Part shown: positions 1 through 8,581 of the stretch, in pieces | Layout of the letters: each line of letters starts with the position of its first letter | How positions within the stretch are numbered: position 1 is the stretch's first letter | Source of the DNA: a bacterium | GTDB lineage: Bacteria > Bacteroidota > Bacteroidia > Bacteroidales > WCHB1-69 | DNA length: 64,000 nucleotides | Reading direction: 5' to 3' | NCBI GenBank assembly: GCA_963643165.1 | Contig: CAVIJD010000002.1 | Span: forward strand, 35,234 to 99,233 | The notes under the pieces: model-generated | Database searches by the model: none | Seen by the model: the letters and a program-made list of their open reading frames with translations, nothing else | What the model was told of the DNA's origin: nothing | Made by a program: the position numbers and the translations under genes

Positions 1-1716
1 ATATTTGAGGTGTATGGTGGGGTAGAAGAAGTTCTTGGCGAAGTGGTTGTAGTTCCAATAGGTGTAAACCATGTCTTGTGACTTGAGGTTGGACACGGTG
101 TACGACACTTCGCCTCGAAGTCCTAACTGCATCTGCAACTTGCTCCAGAATGTGTTGGAGTAGATGAAATAGAGGGCGTTGATATACTCGGAGTAGTTGA
201 AATCGTTGCGCTGTGAGAGGTCTTCAACGGTGTCTGACTCGGAGATGCCCGAGTAGAGGTGATAGTCTTGCCCCACGCCGCGGTAGGAGAACTTGTAGCC
301 GGTTTCGATACGTCCGCCGTTGCCCACACCCGTCACAAAATCGACCTGTGCCGAAGCGTCGCGGTTCCGCTCTATGGTCGTGCTTGTCTGGTAATAGTTG
401 TCCTTGAAGTCATTTTTGTGTTGCTGGAAAAGAACGTCTGTGGCGTTGCCGTTCCGGCTGGTGAAGAAAATGTCTGCCGTGAGCTCGCGCCCCGGGGTGG
501 CGAAGGTCTTCTTGTAGTTGAGTGAGGCGTCAAAGGCATTGAATTTGCGGGTGTTGTCGCCTTCTTGGTCATACTCGTTCAGGATGCTGTAGGTGGTGTC
601 CGTCCCGGTGATGGTCTCTCTTTGGGTCCGCGACCAGAGGTCGTTGTCGCGTTGCATTTTTCCGAAGTGTCCTCTGACGTTGAATGACAGGGTGTTGTAC
701 TTGTTGATGTAGTAGTCGAGGGAGAGGGATGCGTTCTGGAACCTGTCGCTGTGCGTGCCCGTATTCTCCTGGTTCATGATGTCGTTGTTCAGGGTGTCCC
801 ACGACTCCCGGAACAGGGTTCCGCCGTTGCGGTGCGAGTGGTTGCGGTAGCCATAACTGGCAAACAGGTTGATTTTGTCGTAACGGTAGTTGAAACTGAG
901 GCTGCCGTTGTATCCGTTGAGGAAGATGTTGTGTTTGTCGTTCTGATAGACGCAAGCGGAGGAGCCGCCCAAGTTGACCATGCCGTTGAAGCCGGACTCT
1001 TTTTTCTTCTTCAGCACCACGTTCAGGATGCCGGCCATGCCGTCGGGCTCAAGCCGCGCTGACGGGTTGGTGATGACCTCGATGCTTTCAATCATGTCGG
1101 CGGGAATCTGGTCCATCGTCAGGTTGGTGGCGCGTCCATCTACCAGTATGGTCACGTTTTCACTGCCCCTCAAGCTGACGTTGCCCTCCAAGTCAACCGA
1201 AACGGAGGGGATCTCTTCCAGGACTTCCGCGGCGGTTTGCCCTGTCGCATTGATGCTCGACTCGACGTTGAAGACGGTCTTGTCAAGGTTGGTCTGCAGC
1301 ATGTCTTTCTGGGCTTGGATTACCACGGCTTCCAGTTCCGTGTTTTTGTCTGTCATCTTGTACTTCGGGATCCGGAATACGGCGTTGCTTTTTGAGATCG
1401 TGAATTTGCTGGAGGTTGATTTCTGGTATCCTATATATTGTATTTCCACAAAATATTCTCCAAACGGGATGTTCTCCAATGTGAATTTGCCGTCGCTGTC
1501 GGTGATGCCGTATTGTACGGTGGTGGAGTCGGATGTTTTCTTCACGTTCACGGAGGCATATTCCAAAGGTACGCCGTTGACATCTACAATTGAACCCGTG
1601 ACGGTGCCTGACGAATAGTTTGTTTTGGCGGTCTGTTGCATCTCGGGTTGAGCCATTGCCATAAAGCAGGACAGCAATAGGGTTGCGGAGACGGCGAGTC
1701 GTTTTATAATTCCCAT
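1..1716 (-). CDS. TonB-dependent-receptor-like outer-membrane beta-barrel protein with N-terminal carboxypeptidase-regulatory-like domain (N-terminal 572 codons; C-terminus beyond left edge)
   Basis: Absent from the ORF track because it has no stop in the window. The reverse complement from ATG at 1716 reads MGIIKRLAVSATLLLSCFMAMAQPEMQQ...SGTVTGSIVDVNGVPLEYASVNVKK...DSDGKFTLENIPFGEYFVEIQYIGY (signal peptide plus CarboxypepD_reg-like fold). The frame stays open to position 1 (...YWNYNHFAKNFFYPTIHLKY). Confidence 0.8.
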   Translation of the reverse strand, partial: MGIIKRLAVSATLLLSCFMAMAQPEMQQTAKTNYSSGTVTGSIVDVNGVPLEYASVNVKKTSDSTTVQYGITDSDGKFTLENIPFGEYFVEIQYIGYQKSTSSKFTISKSNAVFRIPKYKMTDKNTELEAVVIQAQKDMLQTNLDKTVFNVESSINATGQTAAEVLEEIPSVSVDLEGNVSLRGSENVTILVDGRATNLTMDQIPADMIESIEVITNPSARLEPDGMAGILNVVLKKKKESGFNGMVNLGGSSACVYQNDKHNIFLNGYNGSLSFNYRYDKINLFASYGYRNHSHRNGGTLFRESWDTLNNDIMNQENTGTHSDRFQNASLSLDYYINKYNTLSFNVRGHFGKMQRDNDLWSRTQRETITGTDTTYSILNEYDQEGDNTRKFNAFDASLNYKKTFATPGRELTADIFFTSRNGNATDVLFQQHKNDFKDNYYQTSTTIERNRDASAQVDFVTGVGNGGRIETGYKFSYRGVGQDYHLYSGISESDTVEDLSQRNDFNYSEYINALYFIYSNTFWSKLQMQLGLRGEVSYTVSNLKSQDMVYTYWNYNHFAKNFFYPTIHLKY

Positions 1717-1754
1717 AATCTATTAGTTTTTTGTGCGATGTTGAGTAGAATACA

Positions 1755-1817
1755 ATAAAAAAAGTTCAGTAAGGATTTATCCGGAGCGGATAAGTTTAAT
1801 CCCCACTGAACTTTTTC
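1755..1817 (-). terminator. Rho-independent terminator (nested hairpin) downstream of the PPIase gene
   Basis: Outer 12-bp stem aaaaagttcagt/actgaacttttt encloses an inner 7-bp stem ttatccg/cggataa. On the minus strand it is followed by a T7 run. It lies 20 nt after the stop at 1837. Confidence 0.7.
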
Positions 1818-1836
1818 AGCGTTCTTTTATGTTGTG

Positions 1837-4011
1837 CTATTTCTGGTAGAAACGGCAGCGGTTGTCAATGACTTTAGTTTGGTTGATGAGATGGTTGACG
1901 ATGGTCATCTCGCTGCGTTCGCGACCGATTACCTCGTTGCGGAGCATGTTCTTTTCGAGCATCAACTGTTGGCTGGCGGGGTTTGTGGTTTTGGATTTCA
2001 CATCCACCACATAGACCATATTCTTTCCTGCCACGGCAGCGGCTTTGTTCTCGTCAAGGCTGAAGATCTTGCCGATGGCACTGCCGTCAACGCCGCGGTT
2101 GCGGTAGAGGTCGCCGGTGAAACTCAGCATCACGCTGTCCATCACGTGGGTGTTGTATTGCTGAGCCAGCGCTTGGAAGTCGGCATTGGATGCCAAAGCC
2201 TTTGTAACCTCTTCGGCCACCATTTCCGTTTTCTTTTCCATCTCCAGTTGAGCCTTGATGTCGTCTTTTACGGCTTTCAGTTTCTGAACGCCCTCATCGT
2301 GAACGTTTCTCACGGCAGCCACGGCGAAGAACATTCTTTCGACATTGATGACATCGGAGATGTCGTCTTTCTTTACGTCGTCAGAGAAAGCCCAGCTGAC
2401 GATGTCACGGCAGTTGGGGAGTTGGTCGATGACGGAGGCCATGGAGAGGATGTTGGTGCCTTTCACGGTCTGGATACCCTTGGAGGCTGCGGTCGAGATC
2501 AGTTCGTCAGCGTTGGTCACGGAAGCGGCAAAGGTGTTGGCTTGCGATTTAAGGGAAGCAACTGTTGCGTCAGAAGCGGAAATGGGATAGTCATACAAGG
2601 CAAATTGTCTTTTGACGATCGGGGCGGTGCGGGAGAGCATCTGGAAGACGATGTATCCGCCGGGTGCGGCATAGACATAAACATTGCCGTCAGCGGTGCC
2701 GGTGAGGCTGTTGTACAGGGCAGGCAGCGTACCTCTTTCAGGAAGCCAAATGGTGGAGTCGTTCTGTTCGCGGCCGTCGAGGTAGTTGGGCTGCAGGGCG
2801 AAGATGGTGGATGCCTTGCTCTCAATCACGTTTTTCAGGCTGTCGGCCAGGTTCTTTGCTTCGCTCTTGGAGTATTTGGCTGAAGCGTTTTGGGAAGTCT
2901 TGAAAGGAAGTTCAATGATGGCGACCTGTACAGAGTCAGGGCGGGCAGACTCTCCAAACACCTTTCCGAAATACCATTTCTGGTTTTCGTGGTTGTAAGG
3001 CTCGATGAAAGAGCCGACAGCGCATTTGAAGATGAGGCTGTCGAGTGCCGGGATGTTGATGTCCTCGGATTTGTAGTAGGTGCTATCTACCACGCCGTTG
3101 CCTCTCTCTGCGCTGTATTCTGCCAAGGATGTCACGGTCGTGAATTTCTGGAAGTCGGCGCGTACGCTGTCCTCAATGTTTTTCAAGTCGGCCGCCGTGG
3201 GGTTGATCGGGAACACGGCCACGTCAATGTCGCGGTTCTTCTCATAAACCGTGAAGAGGTCTTTTTTGTGTTTGTTGTAAAAGTCTTTGACTTCCTTGTC
3301 GCTGACGTTGGCTGCGATGCTGTTGAATGTTGCAGCTTGCGGGTTCACGGCCAGCATGGAAACCATGGCGTCGGCGTTGTCTTTGGCGAGTTGTTTTGCC
3401 ATTGGGTCAGAGAAATAGACCGTGTTCTGGGCGAGGGCGAAGTAGCGTGCCGATTTCTCGCCGGAGATGGCAAAGCGAACGATGGCCTTGTAGGCGTTGT
3501 AAAGTTCCTTGGTCTGGTCGTTGTTGGCGTACTCGTCGATGTTGGTGATGATGGCCATTGCGTTTTCGGGGCCGTACATTTGAGCGAGGGCGTTTGCGAA
3601 CTGGGCCATATATTGGTTAGGACGTTGCGTGTTGAGGCTGGCGATCATCTCTGCCTTGAAATCCTCTTCCATCTGGGAGGTGAACGAAAGGCCGAGCGAC
3701 TTGAGTTGGTTGTCCAGAATGGCGTCCTGCAGCATCTGCCGCCAGGTCATCTCGTGAATCTGATATGTTTCGTTCTCGTCGAATGAAGATTTGTTCTGCA
3801 TTAGGCGCATCAGCGAGGTGTTCTCTTCAAATTGTTCGCTGTATGCCTTGTCCATTTTTTTGCCATCGACCTTGGCCATGACGTTTTTGTTGGAAAATGT
3901 ACGGGTCACCTGCGAAAGGTCGCCCAGAATAAACGCAAGCATTGCAAATCCGATGATGACCATCAGTGCTACGCCATGTTTACGAATCGAGCCAATTGCT
4001 GCCATATTCAA
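1837..4011 (-). CDS. Periplasmic peptidyl-prolyl isomerase / chaperone, PpiD-SurA-like (N-terminal membrane anchor)
   Basis: 724-aa ORF. The N-terminus MNMAAIGSIRKHGVALMVIIGFAMLAFILG is the PpiD-type anchor. Size and composition fit Bacteroidota 'peptidylprolyl isomerase'. The start could be the third codon (4005). Confidence 0.8.
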   Translation of the reverse strand: MNMAAIGSIRKHGVALMVIIGFAMLAFILGDLSQVTRTFSNKNVMAKVDGKKMDKAYSEQFEENTSLMRLMQNKSSFDENETYQIHEMTWRQMLQDAILDNQLKSLGLSFTSQMEEDFKAEMIASLNTQRPNQYMAQFANALAQMYGPENAMAIITNIDEYANNDQTKELYNAYKAIVRFAISGEKSARYFALAQNTVYFSDPMAKQLAKDNADAMVSMLAVNPQAATFNSIAANVSDKEVKDFYNKHKKDLFTVYEKNRDIDVAVFPINPTAADLKNIEDSVRADFQKFTTVTSLAEYSAERGNGVVDSTYYKSEDINIPALDSLIFKCAVGSFIEPYNHENQKWYFGKVFGESARPDSVQVAIIELPFKTSQNASAKYSKSEAKNLADSLKNVIESKASTIFALQPNYLDGREQNDSTIWLPERGTLPALYNSLTGTADGNVYVYAAPGGYIVFQMLSRTAPIVKRQFALYDYPISASDATVASLKSQANTFAASVTNADELISTAASKGIQTVKGTNILSMASVIDQLPNCRDIVSWAFSDDVKKDDISDVINVERMFFAVAAVRNVHDEGVQKLKAVKDDIKAQLEMEKKTEMVAEEVTKALASNADFQALAQQYNTHVMDSVMLSFTGDLYRNRGVDGSAIGKIFSLDENKAAAVAGKNMVYVVDVKSKTTNPASQQLMLEKNMLRNEVIGRERSEMTIVNHLINQTKVIDNRCRFYQK

Positions 4012-4054
4012 TTACTGTTTTTTATAGTTGTACAATGTTTTTCAAAAAAGCGTG

Positions 4055-4062
4055 CAAAAATA
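4055..4062 (-). promoter_or_regulatory. Bacteroidota -7 promoter box TAnnTTTG (TATTTTTG) for the PPIase gene
   Basis: Plus strand reads caaaaata preceded by cgtg (minus strand: TATTTTTGcacg). It is 43 nt upstream of ATG 4011. Confidence 0.55.
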
Positions 4063-4168
4063 GCATTTTTTCTTTTGGTCTCTGTTTTTCCGCTTTATTA
4101 TTTTTCCGTTTCTGCCGTGATAGAGACACTGACTATGCTTTGAACGTGCGTTTTCAAGCACGGGACGG

Positions 4169-4804
4169 TCAGTCGCGGATGCGCATTCCGAGTTCTTGCA
4201 AGAATGGCTTGATTACAGGGTTCTGCTCTTCGAGATTCTTGAACTTGTCGTCGGTACTGATGATGATTTTCTTTTTCTCAAGATGCGCGTTGGTCTCTAT
4301 GACAATATCGTCAACTTTGAGGGAGAAGTGACTGCGCCAATAGTCCAGCAGTGCCGGTTTCCTGGACTCATACTCATCTTTCAGAAAGTCGTTCATCACT
4401 TCGACGTGTACGATGCCCTCTTTGTATTCGGGCATTCTGTCTTTCATGGGATGGTAGATCATCGGGAAGTGCGAAATGACGTCGTTGAACATCTTGTTCC
4501 AGCAGTCGGCGAAAGTTTCGGGTTCTTGGGCGGCTGCGGTATTGTCCGGGGCGGTGCGTTCTTCTGCCGTGTCGGGTTTGACCGGTTCTGGCTGTCGGGG
4601 CGGTGTCGCGGGGTTTGCCGTCGCGTTGCCGTCCTCCATGACGTTGCGGATAGAGGGGATTTGCCGGATGGGCGGTGCCCCCGGGAACTTGAAGTCTTGG
4701 TTTGATAATCTCGGCTTGTCGGAAAAGGCTGCGGCTGCCGCTGTCTCTCCGGTGGTGGAGGCCGTTCCACCCTCTGGGTTATTTACGCTCCTGCGATTGC
4801 CTGG
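4169..4804 (-). CDS. dnaX: DnaX tau-specific C-terminal region (linker plus C-terminal domain), in the +1 frame relative to the dnaX N-terminal ORF
   Basis: Track ORF 4169..4639 (MEDGNATANPATPPRQPEPVKPD...FADCWNKMFNDVISHFPMIYHPM...). I extended its frame by hand and it is stop-free up to 4828, so it overlaps the end of the upstream dnaX ORF. The Pro/Ala/Glu-rich linker composition is typical of the tau domain IV region. Confidence 0.65.
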   Translation of the reverse strand, partial: PGNRRSVNNPEGGTASTTGETAAAAAFSDKPRLSNQDFKFPGAPPIRQIPSIRNVMEDGNATANPATPPRQPEPVKPDTAEERTAPDNTAAAQEPETFADCWNKMFNDVISHFPMIYHPMKDRMPEYKEGIVHVEVMNDFLKDEYESRKPALLDYWRSHFSLKVDDIVIETNAHLEKKKIIISTDDKFKNLEEQNPVIKPFLQELGMRIRD

Positions 4805-5906
4805 CTTTTTTGAACAGGTAGTTCGCGTTTATCTGCATCAGGCACAGTTCAACTGACAGTCGCTTGTTGTTGGACATCTTGTAGTTGAAGTCGCACTGGT
4901 TGGCCAATTCCATGGCCCTGAGCAACAGGGCGCGGTCTGCCGTCTGCGCCTGCCGCACCAGCCGGTCGCGGATGTTGTCGGAGGTCTCCAGCAGTCTCGA
5001 CGTGGCGGGGTCTCGGGCAATCAGGAGGTTCCGGAAATGGGAGGCCAGCCCGGAGATGAAGTTCTGGGCGTCGAAGCCGCGGGTCAGGATGTCGTCAAAG
5101 AGCAGCAGCGCCTGCGCTAGCTCTTCGCTGAACAGGTAGTCCGTCACTTTGAAGTAATTGTCCACGTCCAGCACGTTGAGGTTCTCGATGGCGTCGGCGT
5201 AAGTGACCTTCTTGCCCGAAAAGCTCACCATGCGGTCGAAGATGGACAGGGCGTCGCGGAGTGCGCCGTCGGCCTTGTCGGCAATGACGCGCAAGGCCTC
5301 CTCCTCGGCCTCCACCCCCTCTTGCGAGGCTACATACTGGAGGTGTTTGATGATGTCGCGTTCTTCAATACGTTTGAAATCATACACTTGACATCTCGAA
5401 AGGATGGTCGGGATGATCTTGTGCTTTTCGGTGGTCGCCATGATGAATTTGGCGTATGCCGGCGGCTCCTCCAGGGTTTTGAGGAAAGCATTGAAGGCCG
5501 CCCCCGAGAGCATGTGAACCTCATCGATGATGTAAACCTTGTATTTGGCGCCTTGCGGCGGAATGTGTACCTGCTCCACTAACGAGCGGATGTCCTCAAC
5601 GGAGTTGTTGGAGGCCGCGTCGAGCTCGAACACGTTGAACGACGCCGAATTGTTGAACGACTGGCACGACTCGCACGCGTTGCATGGCTCGAAGGTGTCG
5701 GTGAGGTGCTGGCAGTTGAGCGCCTTGGCGAAAATACGGGCACAGGTGGTCTTGCCGACACCGCGCGGCCCGCAGAACAAGAATGCCTGCGCCACCTGGC
5801 CGGTGCGGATCGCATTCTTTAAAGTCGAGGTTATAGCATCCTGCCCTACAACAGAACTGAAAGTCGTTGGCCTGTACTTGCGGGCAGATACAATAAAATT
5901 ATCCAT
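4779..5906 (-). CDS. dnaX: DNA polymerase III subunit gamma/tau, zero-frame product (clamp-loader domains I-III, 375 aa)
   Basis: MDNFIVSARKYRPTTFSSVVGQDAITSTLKNAIRTGQVAQAFLFCGPRGVGKTTCARIFAKALNC (Walker A), zinc module CNACESC, and DEVHMLS (Walker B). The track ORF begins at 6227, but that upstream part covers the promoter and the divergent bamD region. ATG 5906 is the credible start. Confidence 0.93.
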   Translation of the reverse strand: MDNFIVSARKYRPTTFSSVVGQDAITSTLKNAIRTGQVAQAFLFCGPRGVGKTTCARIFAKALNCQHLTDTFEPCNACESCQSFNNSASFNVFELDAASNNSVEDIRSLVEQVHIPPQGAKYKVYIIDEVHMLSGAAFNAFLKTLEEPPAYAKFIMATTEKHKIIPTILSRCQVYDFKRIEERDIIKHLQYVASQEGVEAEEEALRVIADKADGALRDALSIFDRMVSFSGKKVTYADAIENLNVLDVDNYFKVTDYLFSEELAQALLLFDDILTRGFDAQNFISGLASHFRNLLIARDPATSRLLETSDNIRDRLVRQAQTADRALLLRAMELANQCDFNYKMSNNKRLSVELCLMQINANYLFKKARQSQERK

Positions 5907-5937
5907 AGTTGTCTTGTTGTTGTGTTGAAACGAGCGG

Positions 5938-5945
5938 CAAATATA
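5938..5945 (-). promoter_or_regulatory. -7 promoter box TATATTTG for dnaX
   Basis: Plus strand caaatata, 31 nt upstream of ATG 5906. Confidence 0.55.
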
Positions 5946-6013
5946 CAAAAATCGAAAATACCACACTTTTGTCCGCTCATTTGTCGCAGACGTGCACACA
6001 TACAAAAATTTTA

Positions 6014-6021
6014 TATCTTTG
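6014..6021 (+). promoter_or_regulatory. -7 promoter box TATCTTTGcacg for bamD
   Basis: TATCTTTG followed by cacg, 15 nt upstream of ATG 6037. It lies inside the N-terminal extension of the track ORF. Confidence 0.5.
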
Positions 6022-6036
6022 CACGTTTTACTTATT

Positions 6037-6951
6037 ATGACCAAGAAGATTGTTAACTTGTTGATAATAACGCTGTTGGTGACATCTGCAAAGTGCTTTG
6101 CGGGCGCGGCTCCGTGCCTTGTGTTCCCGACAGACACGCCAGCGGTGCCGGCCAAGACGGTTGGAGACTCCGCCAAAACTGCGGCCAAGGTGAGCAAGAG
6201 ACCCAAGAAAGTACGCAGCCAAGGCAAGAAGGTTACGTTCGAGAACTTTGACCAGCAGTACGCCCGGGCACTCCGCTATTACAACAACGGCCAATATCTC
6301 TCCGCCGCCGGCTTGTTTGAGAATCTTTACCCCCTCTCGTTAGGGACGGAGAAAGCCGACACCATTCTGTTTCTTTTCGCCCACAGTTATTACAAGAACG
6401 GCGACTACGACATGGCGGCGTTCCATTTCAGAGACTATGCGCGCCGCTATCCCAACACCTCCCGTACCGAAGACGCTTTCTACTACGGCATCTGCGCCAT
6501 ATACAATTCAAGTCCCGAATTCTCGCTGGACCAGAGCAATACGGAGTTTGCAATTGAACAGATTAAGGCTTTCTTGCAGGCTTATCCCAACAGCTCGCAC
6601 GTCGAGGAGTGTAACGTGATGCTGGATGCCATGCGCACCAAGTTGGCCAGGAAAGACCTGGAAATCTTGATCCTCTATTACGACACCGACCACTACGAGG
6701 CTTGCCAGATCGCGGCCAAGAATTTCTTCAACGACTATTCTTACTCGCCGCTGATGCCTGAGGCCATTTATTATCTTGTGCTGAACAACCTTGAATATGC
6801 CAAGCGGAGCGTGGAAAGCAAGAAGAAGGAACGCTACACGGCCTGTCTGGACGCGTGCAACAGACTCCTCCTGAACTATCCCGAGAACAAATACACCGCT
6901 GAGGTGAACAAGATTGCGCAAGATGTGCGCAAACAACTGAACGGAAAATAA
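6037..6951 (+). CDS. bamD: Outer membrane protein assembly factor BamD (TPR lipoprotein)
   Basis: Signal peptide MTKKIVNLLIITLLVTSAKCFAG. TPR-like ...YARALRYYNNGQYLSAAGLFENLYP...AHSYYKNGDYDMAAFHFRDYARRYPNTSRTEDAFYY. It sits upstream of rpoZ-coaBC, as is usual in Bacteroidota. Confidence 0.85.
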   Translation: MTKKIVNLLIITLLVTSAKCFAGAAPCLVFPTDTPAVPAKTVGDSAKTAAKVSKRPKKVRSQGKKVTFENFDQQYARALRYYNNGQYLSAAGLFENLYPLSLGTEKADTILFLFAHSYYKNGDYDMAAFHFRDYARRYPNTSRTEDAFYYGICAIYNSSPEFSLDQSNTEFAIEQIKAFLQAYPNSSHVEECNVMLDAMRTKLARKDLEILILYYDTDHYEACQIAAKNFFNDYSYSPLMPEAIYYLVLNNLEYAKRSVESKKKERYTACLDACNRLLLNYPENKYTAEVNKIAQDVRKQLNGK

Positions 6952-6980
6952 ATTCAAATTCGCGAAATATACAACAATAA

Positions 6981-7313
6981 ATGAAAGCTGCAGATTACAA
7001 AAAACTTAAGACAGATCTTTTTGCCAAGACCAAAGACATCAGACAATACGACAAGGAGACAGGTAACTATTATAAAAGTATTGTCATCATGTCGAAGAGG
7101 GCTGACCAGATAGCCGCCGACCTGAAACAGGAGTTCATAGAGAGCTCGCAGCAGTACGCCACGGGCAACGACACGCTGGATGAGGTTACGGAGAACCGCG
7201 AGCAGATTGAACTCTCCAAGTTCTATGAGCAGTTGCCCAAACCGACGCAACTTGCCCTCTATGAATTCGAGAACGATATGATCTATTTCAAGGATTCAGA
7301 CAACAACCAATAA
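6981..7313 (+). CDS. rpoZ: DNA-directed RNA polymerase subunit omega (Bacteroidota type)
   Basis: GNYYKSIVIMSKRADQIAADLKQEF...LDEVTENREQIELSKFYEQLPKPTQLA matches the conserved pattern I know from Bacteroidota omega subunits. It lies between bamD and coaBC. Confidence 0.75.
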   Translation: MKAADYKKLKTDLFAKTKDIRQYDKETGNYYKSIVIMSKRADQIAADLKQEFIESSQQYATGNDTLDEVTENREQIELSKFYEQLPKPTQLALYEFENDMIYFKDSDNNQ

Positions 7314-7322
7314 TCCAACAGC

Positions 7323-8570
7323 ATGCCGGAAAGAAAACATGTCGTTATCGGGATTACTGGAGGAATTGCCGCATACAAATCGTTGTTTTTGATCCGATTG
7401 TTCAAGAAACAAGGGTATGACGTCCAGGTCGTGGCCACGGCGAACGCGTTGCAGTTCGTGACCCCGCTGTCCATCGAGACCCTTTCGCAGACCCGGCTGT
7501 ATGTTGACACTTTTGAGCGAGCCTCCGATTTCGATGTCCGGCATGTGAGCATCGCCGAGTGGGCTGACTGCGTGGTGGTGGCGCCGGCTACGGCCAACTT
7601 GCTCGGGAAATACGCGAACGGCATCGCCGATGACGCTCTTTCTACGTTGCTCCTGGCTACGAAGAGCCCTGTCTTTCTGGCTCCTGCCATGAATGACAAT
7701 ATGTTTTCCCATCCCGCCGTGCAGCAGAACATTAAGACGCTCCAACAACGCGGTTGCCGCATCATCTCACCGCAATCGGGATTCCTCGCCTGCGGAAGCA
7801 CGGGCACGGGACGAATGGAGGAGCCCGAAAGCATATTCGAGGCCGTAAACCGCTTTTTGGAAACATCAACACTCCGTGCCACGGATGAAACAAGACGCCC
7901 GTGTAATGATGGTCCGAAGACCTGCCTTTCCGGGAAAAAAGTGATGATAACCGCCGGCCCTACTTACGAACCCATTGACCCCGTGCGCTTTGTGGGCAAC
8001 CACTCCTCCGGGCTGATGGGCTTCTGCCTGGCCGAGTCGGCAGCCGAACGGGGCGCGGAGGTTACCCTGGTGACGGGCCCTACCCACCTCAAAACCGTTC
8101 ACCCCAATATCAAAAGGATTGACGTGGTGACCGCCGGGGAGATGCACCGCCATTGCATGGACATTTTCAAGAACCAAGACTTGATGATAATGGCCGCCGC
8201 CGTCGCCGACTATACGCCCGTCACGGTGGCCAGCGAGAAAATCAAGAAGAAGTCGGACACCCTGCAACTCACCCTGAAGAAAACTCCCGACATCCTCTAT
8301 TCTGTCGGGCAGTTGAAAGGCAAAGAACAGACCCTTGTCGGCTTTGCCCTCGAAACAGAAAATGAAATTGACAATGCCTTGCATAAACTGCATACTAAAA
8401 ATGCAGATTTTATCGTTCTCAATTCACTTCGCGACAAGGATGCCGGCTTCAAGACCGCCACGAACAAGGTGCGCATCATCTCCAAAGACGGCCATGTCGT
8501 TGAAAGTGAACTGAAAGACAAAAAATCTATCGCAGACGACATTATCGATTTTGTGACCAACAATATTTAA
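7323..8570 (+). CDS. coaBC: Bifunctional phosphopantothenoylcysteine decarboxylase / phosphopantothenate-cysteine ligase
   Basis: HVVIGITGGIAAYKSLFLIRLFKKQGYDVQVVATANALQFVTP (flavoprotein domain) plus a C-terminal DFP/CoaB domain (ITAGPTYEPIDPVRFVGNHSSG). Confidence 0.93.
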   Translation: MPERKHVVIGITGGIAAYKSLFLIRLFKKQGYDVQVVATANALQFVTPLSIETLSQTRLYVDTFERASDFDVRHVSIAEWADCVVVAPATANLLGKYANGIADDALSTLLLATKSPVFLAPAMNDNMFSHPAVQQNIKTLQQRGCRIISPQSGFLACGSTGTGRMEEPESIFEAVNRFLETSTLRATDETRRPCNDGPKTCLSGKKVMITAGPTYEPIDPVRFVGNHSSGLMGFCLAESAAERGAEVTLVTGPTHLKTVHPNIKRIDVVTAGEMHRHCMDIFKNQDLMIMAAAVADYTPVTVASEKIKKKSDTLQLTLKKTPDILYSVGQLKGKEQTLVGFALETENEIDNALHKLHTKNADFIVLNSLRDKDAGFKTATNKVRIISKDGHVVESELKDKKSIADDIIDFVTNNI

Positions 8571-8581
8571 AATAAACCATA

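Noticed and set aside
1834-2883. Long ORFs antisense to real genes. Examples: 1834..2883 (349 aa), 2890..3786, 20234..21106, 21635..22465, 34962..35864, 37491..38318, 39856..40803 (315 aa), 46510..47331, 55103..56140 (345 aa), 58907..60139 (410 aa), 61255..62088.
   Set aside because: Each lies fully inside, and opposite to, a gene with unmistakable homology-type motifs (PPIase, ftsE, gyrB, murD-like, htpG, kinase, fabF, ACAD, etfB). Their translations are low-complexity and rich in Val/Gly/Ala/Arg/His, as expected for the reverse frame of GC-rich codon-biased genes. None has a promoter box or recognisable motif.
4459-4770. 103-aa Pro/Arg/Ser-rich ORF in the third frame across the dnaX frame-junction and linker region. 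It could be imagined as an alternative -1 frameshift product.
   Set aside because: It is in the frame that a +1 A insertion would give. Joining that frame at the A-run gives a stop within 11 codons (ttc aaa aaa agc cag gca atc gca gga gcg taa), so it cannot be linked to the dnaX N-terminal part. Its composition is typical of an off-frame reading of a Pro/Ala/Glu-rich linker.
4754-4771. Hairpin ggtgga/tccacc downstream of the dnaX A6G run, as a frameshift-stimulating structure.
   Set aside because: It has only a 6-bp stem and sits about 34 nt from the slippery run, well outside the 5-9 nt spacing of known -1 frameshift stimulators. It is noted in the dnaX finding but not claimed as a signal.
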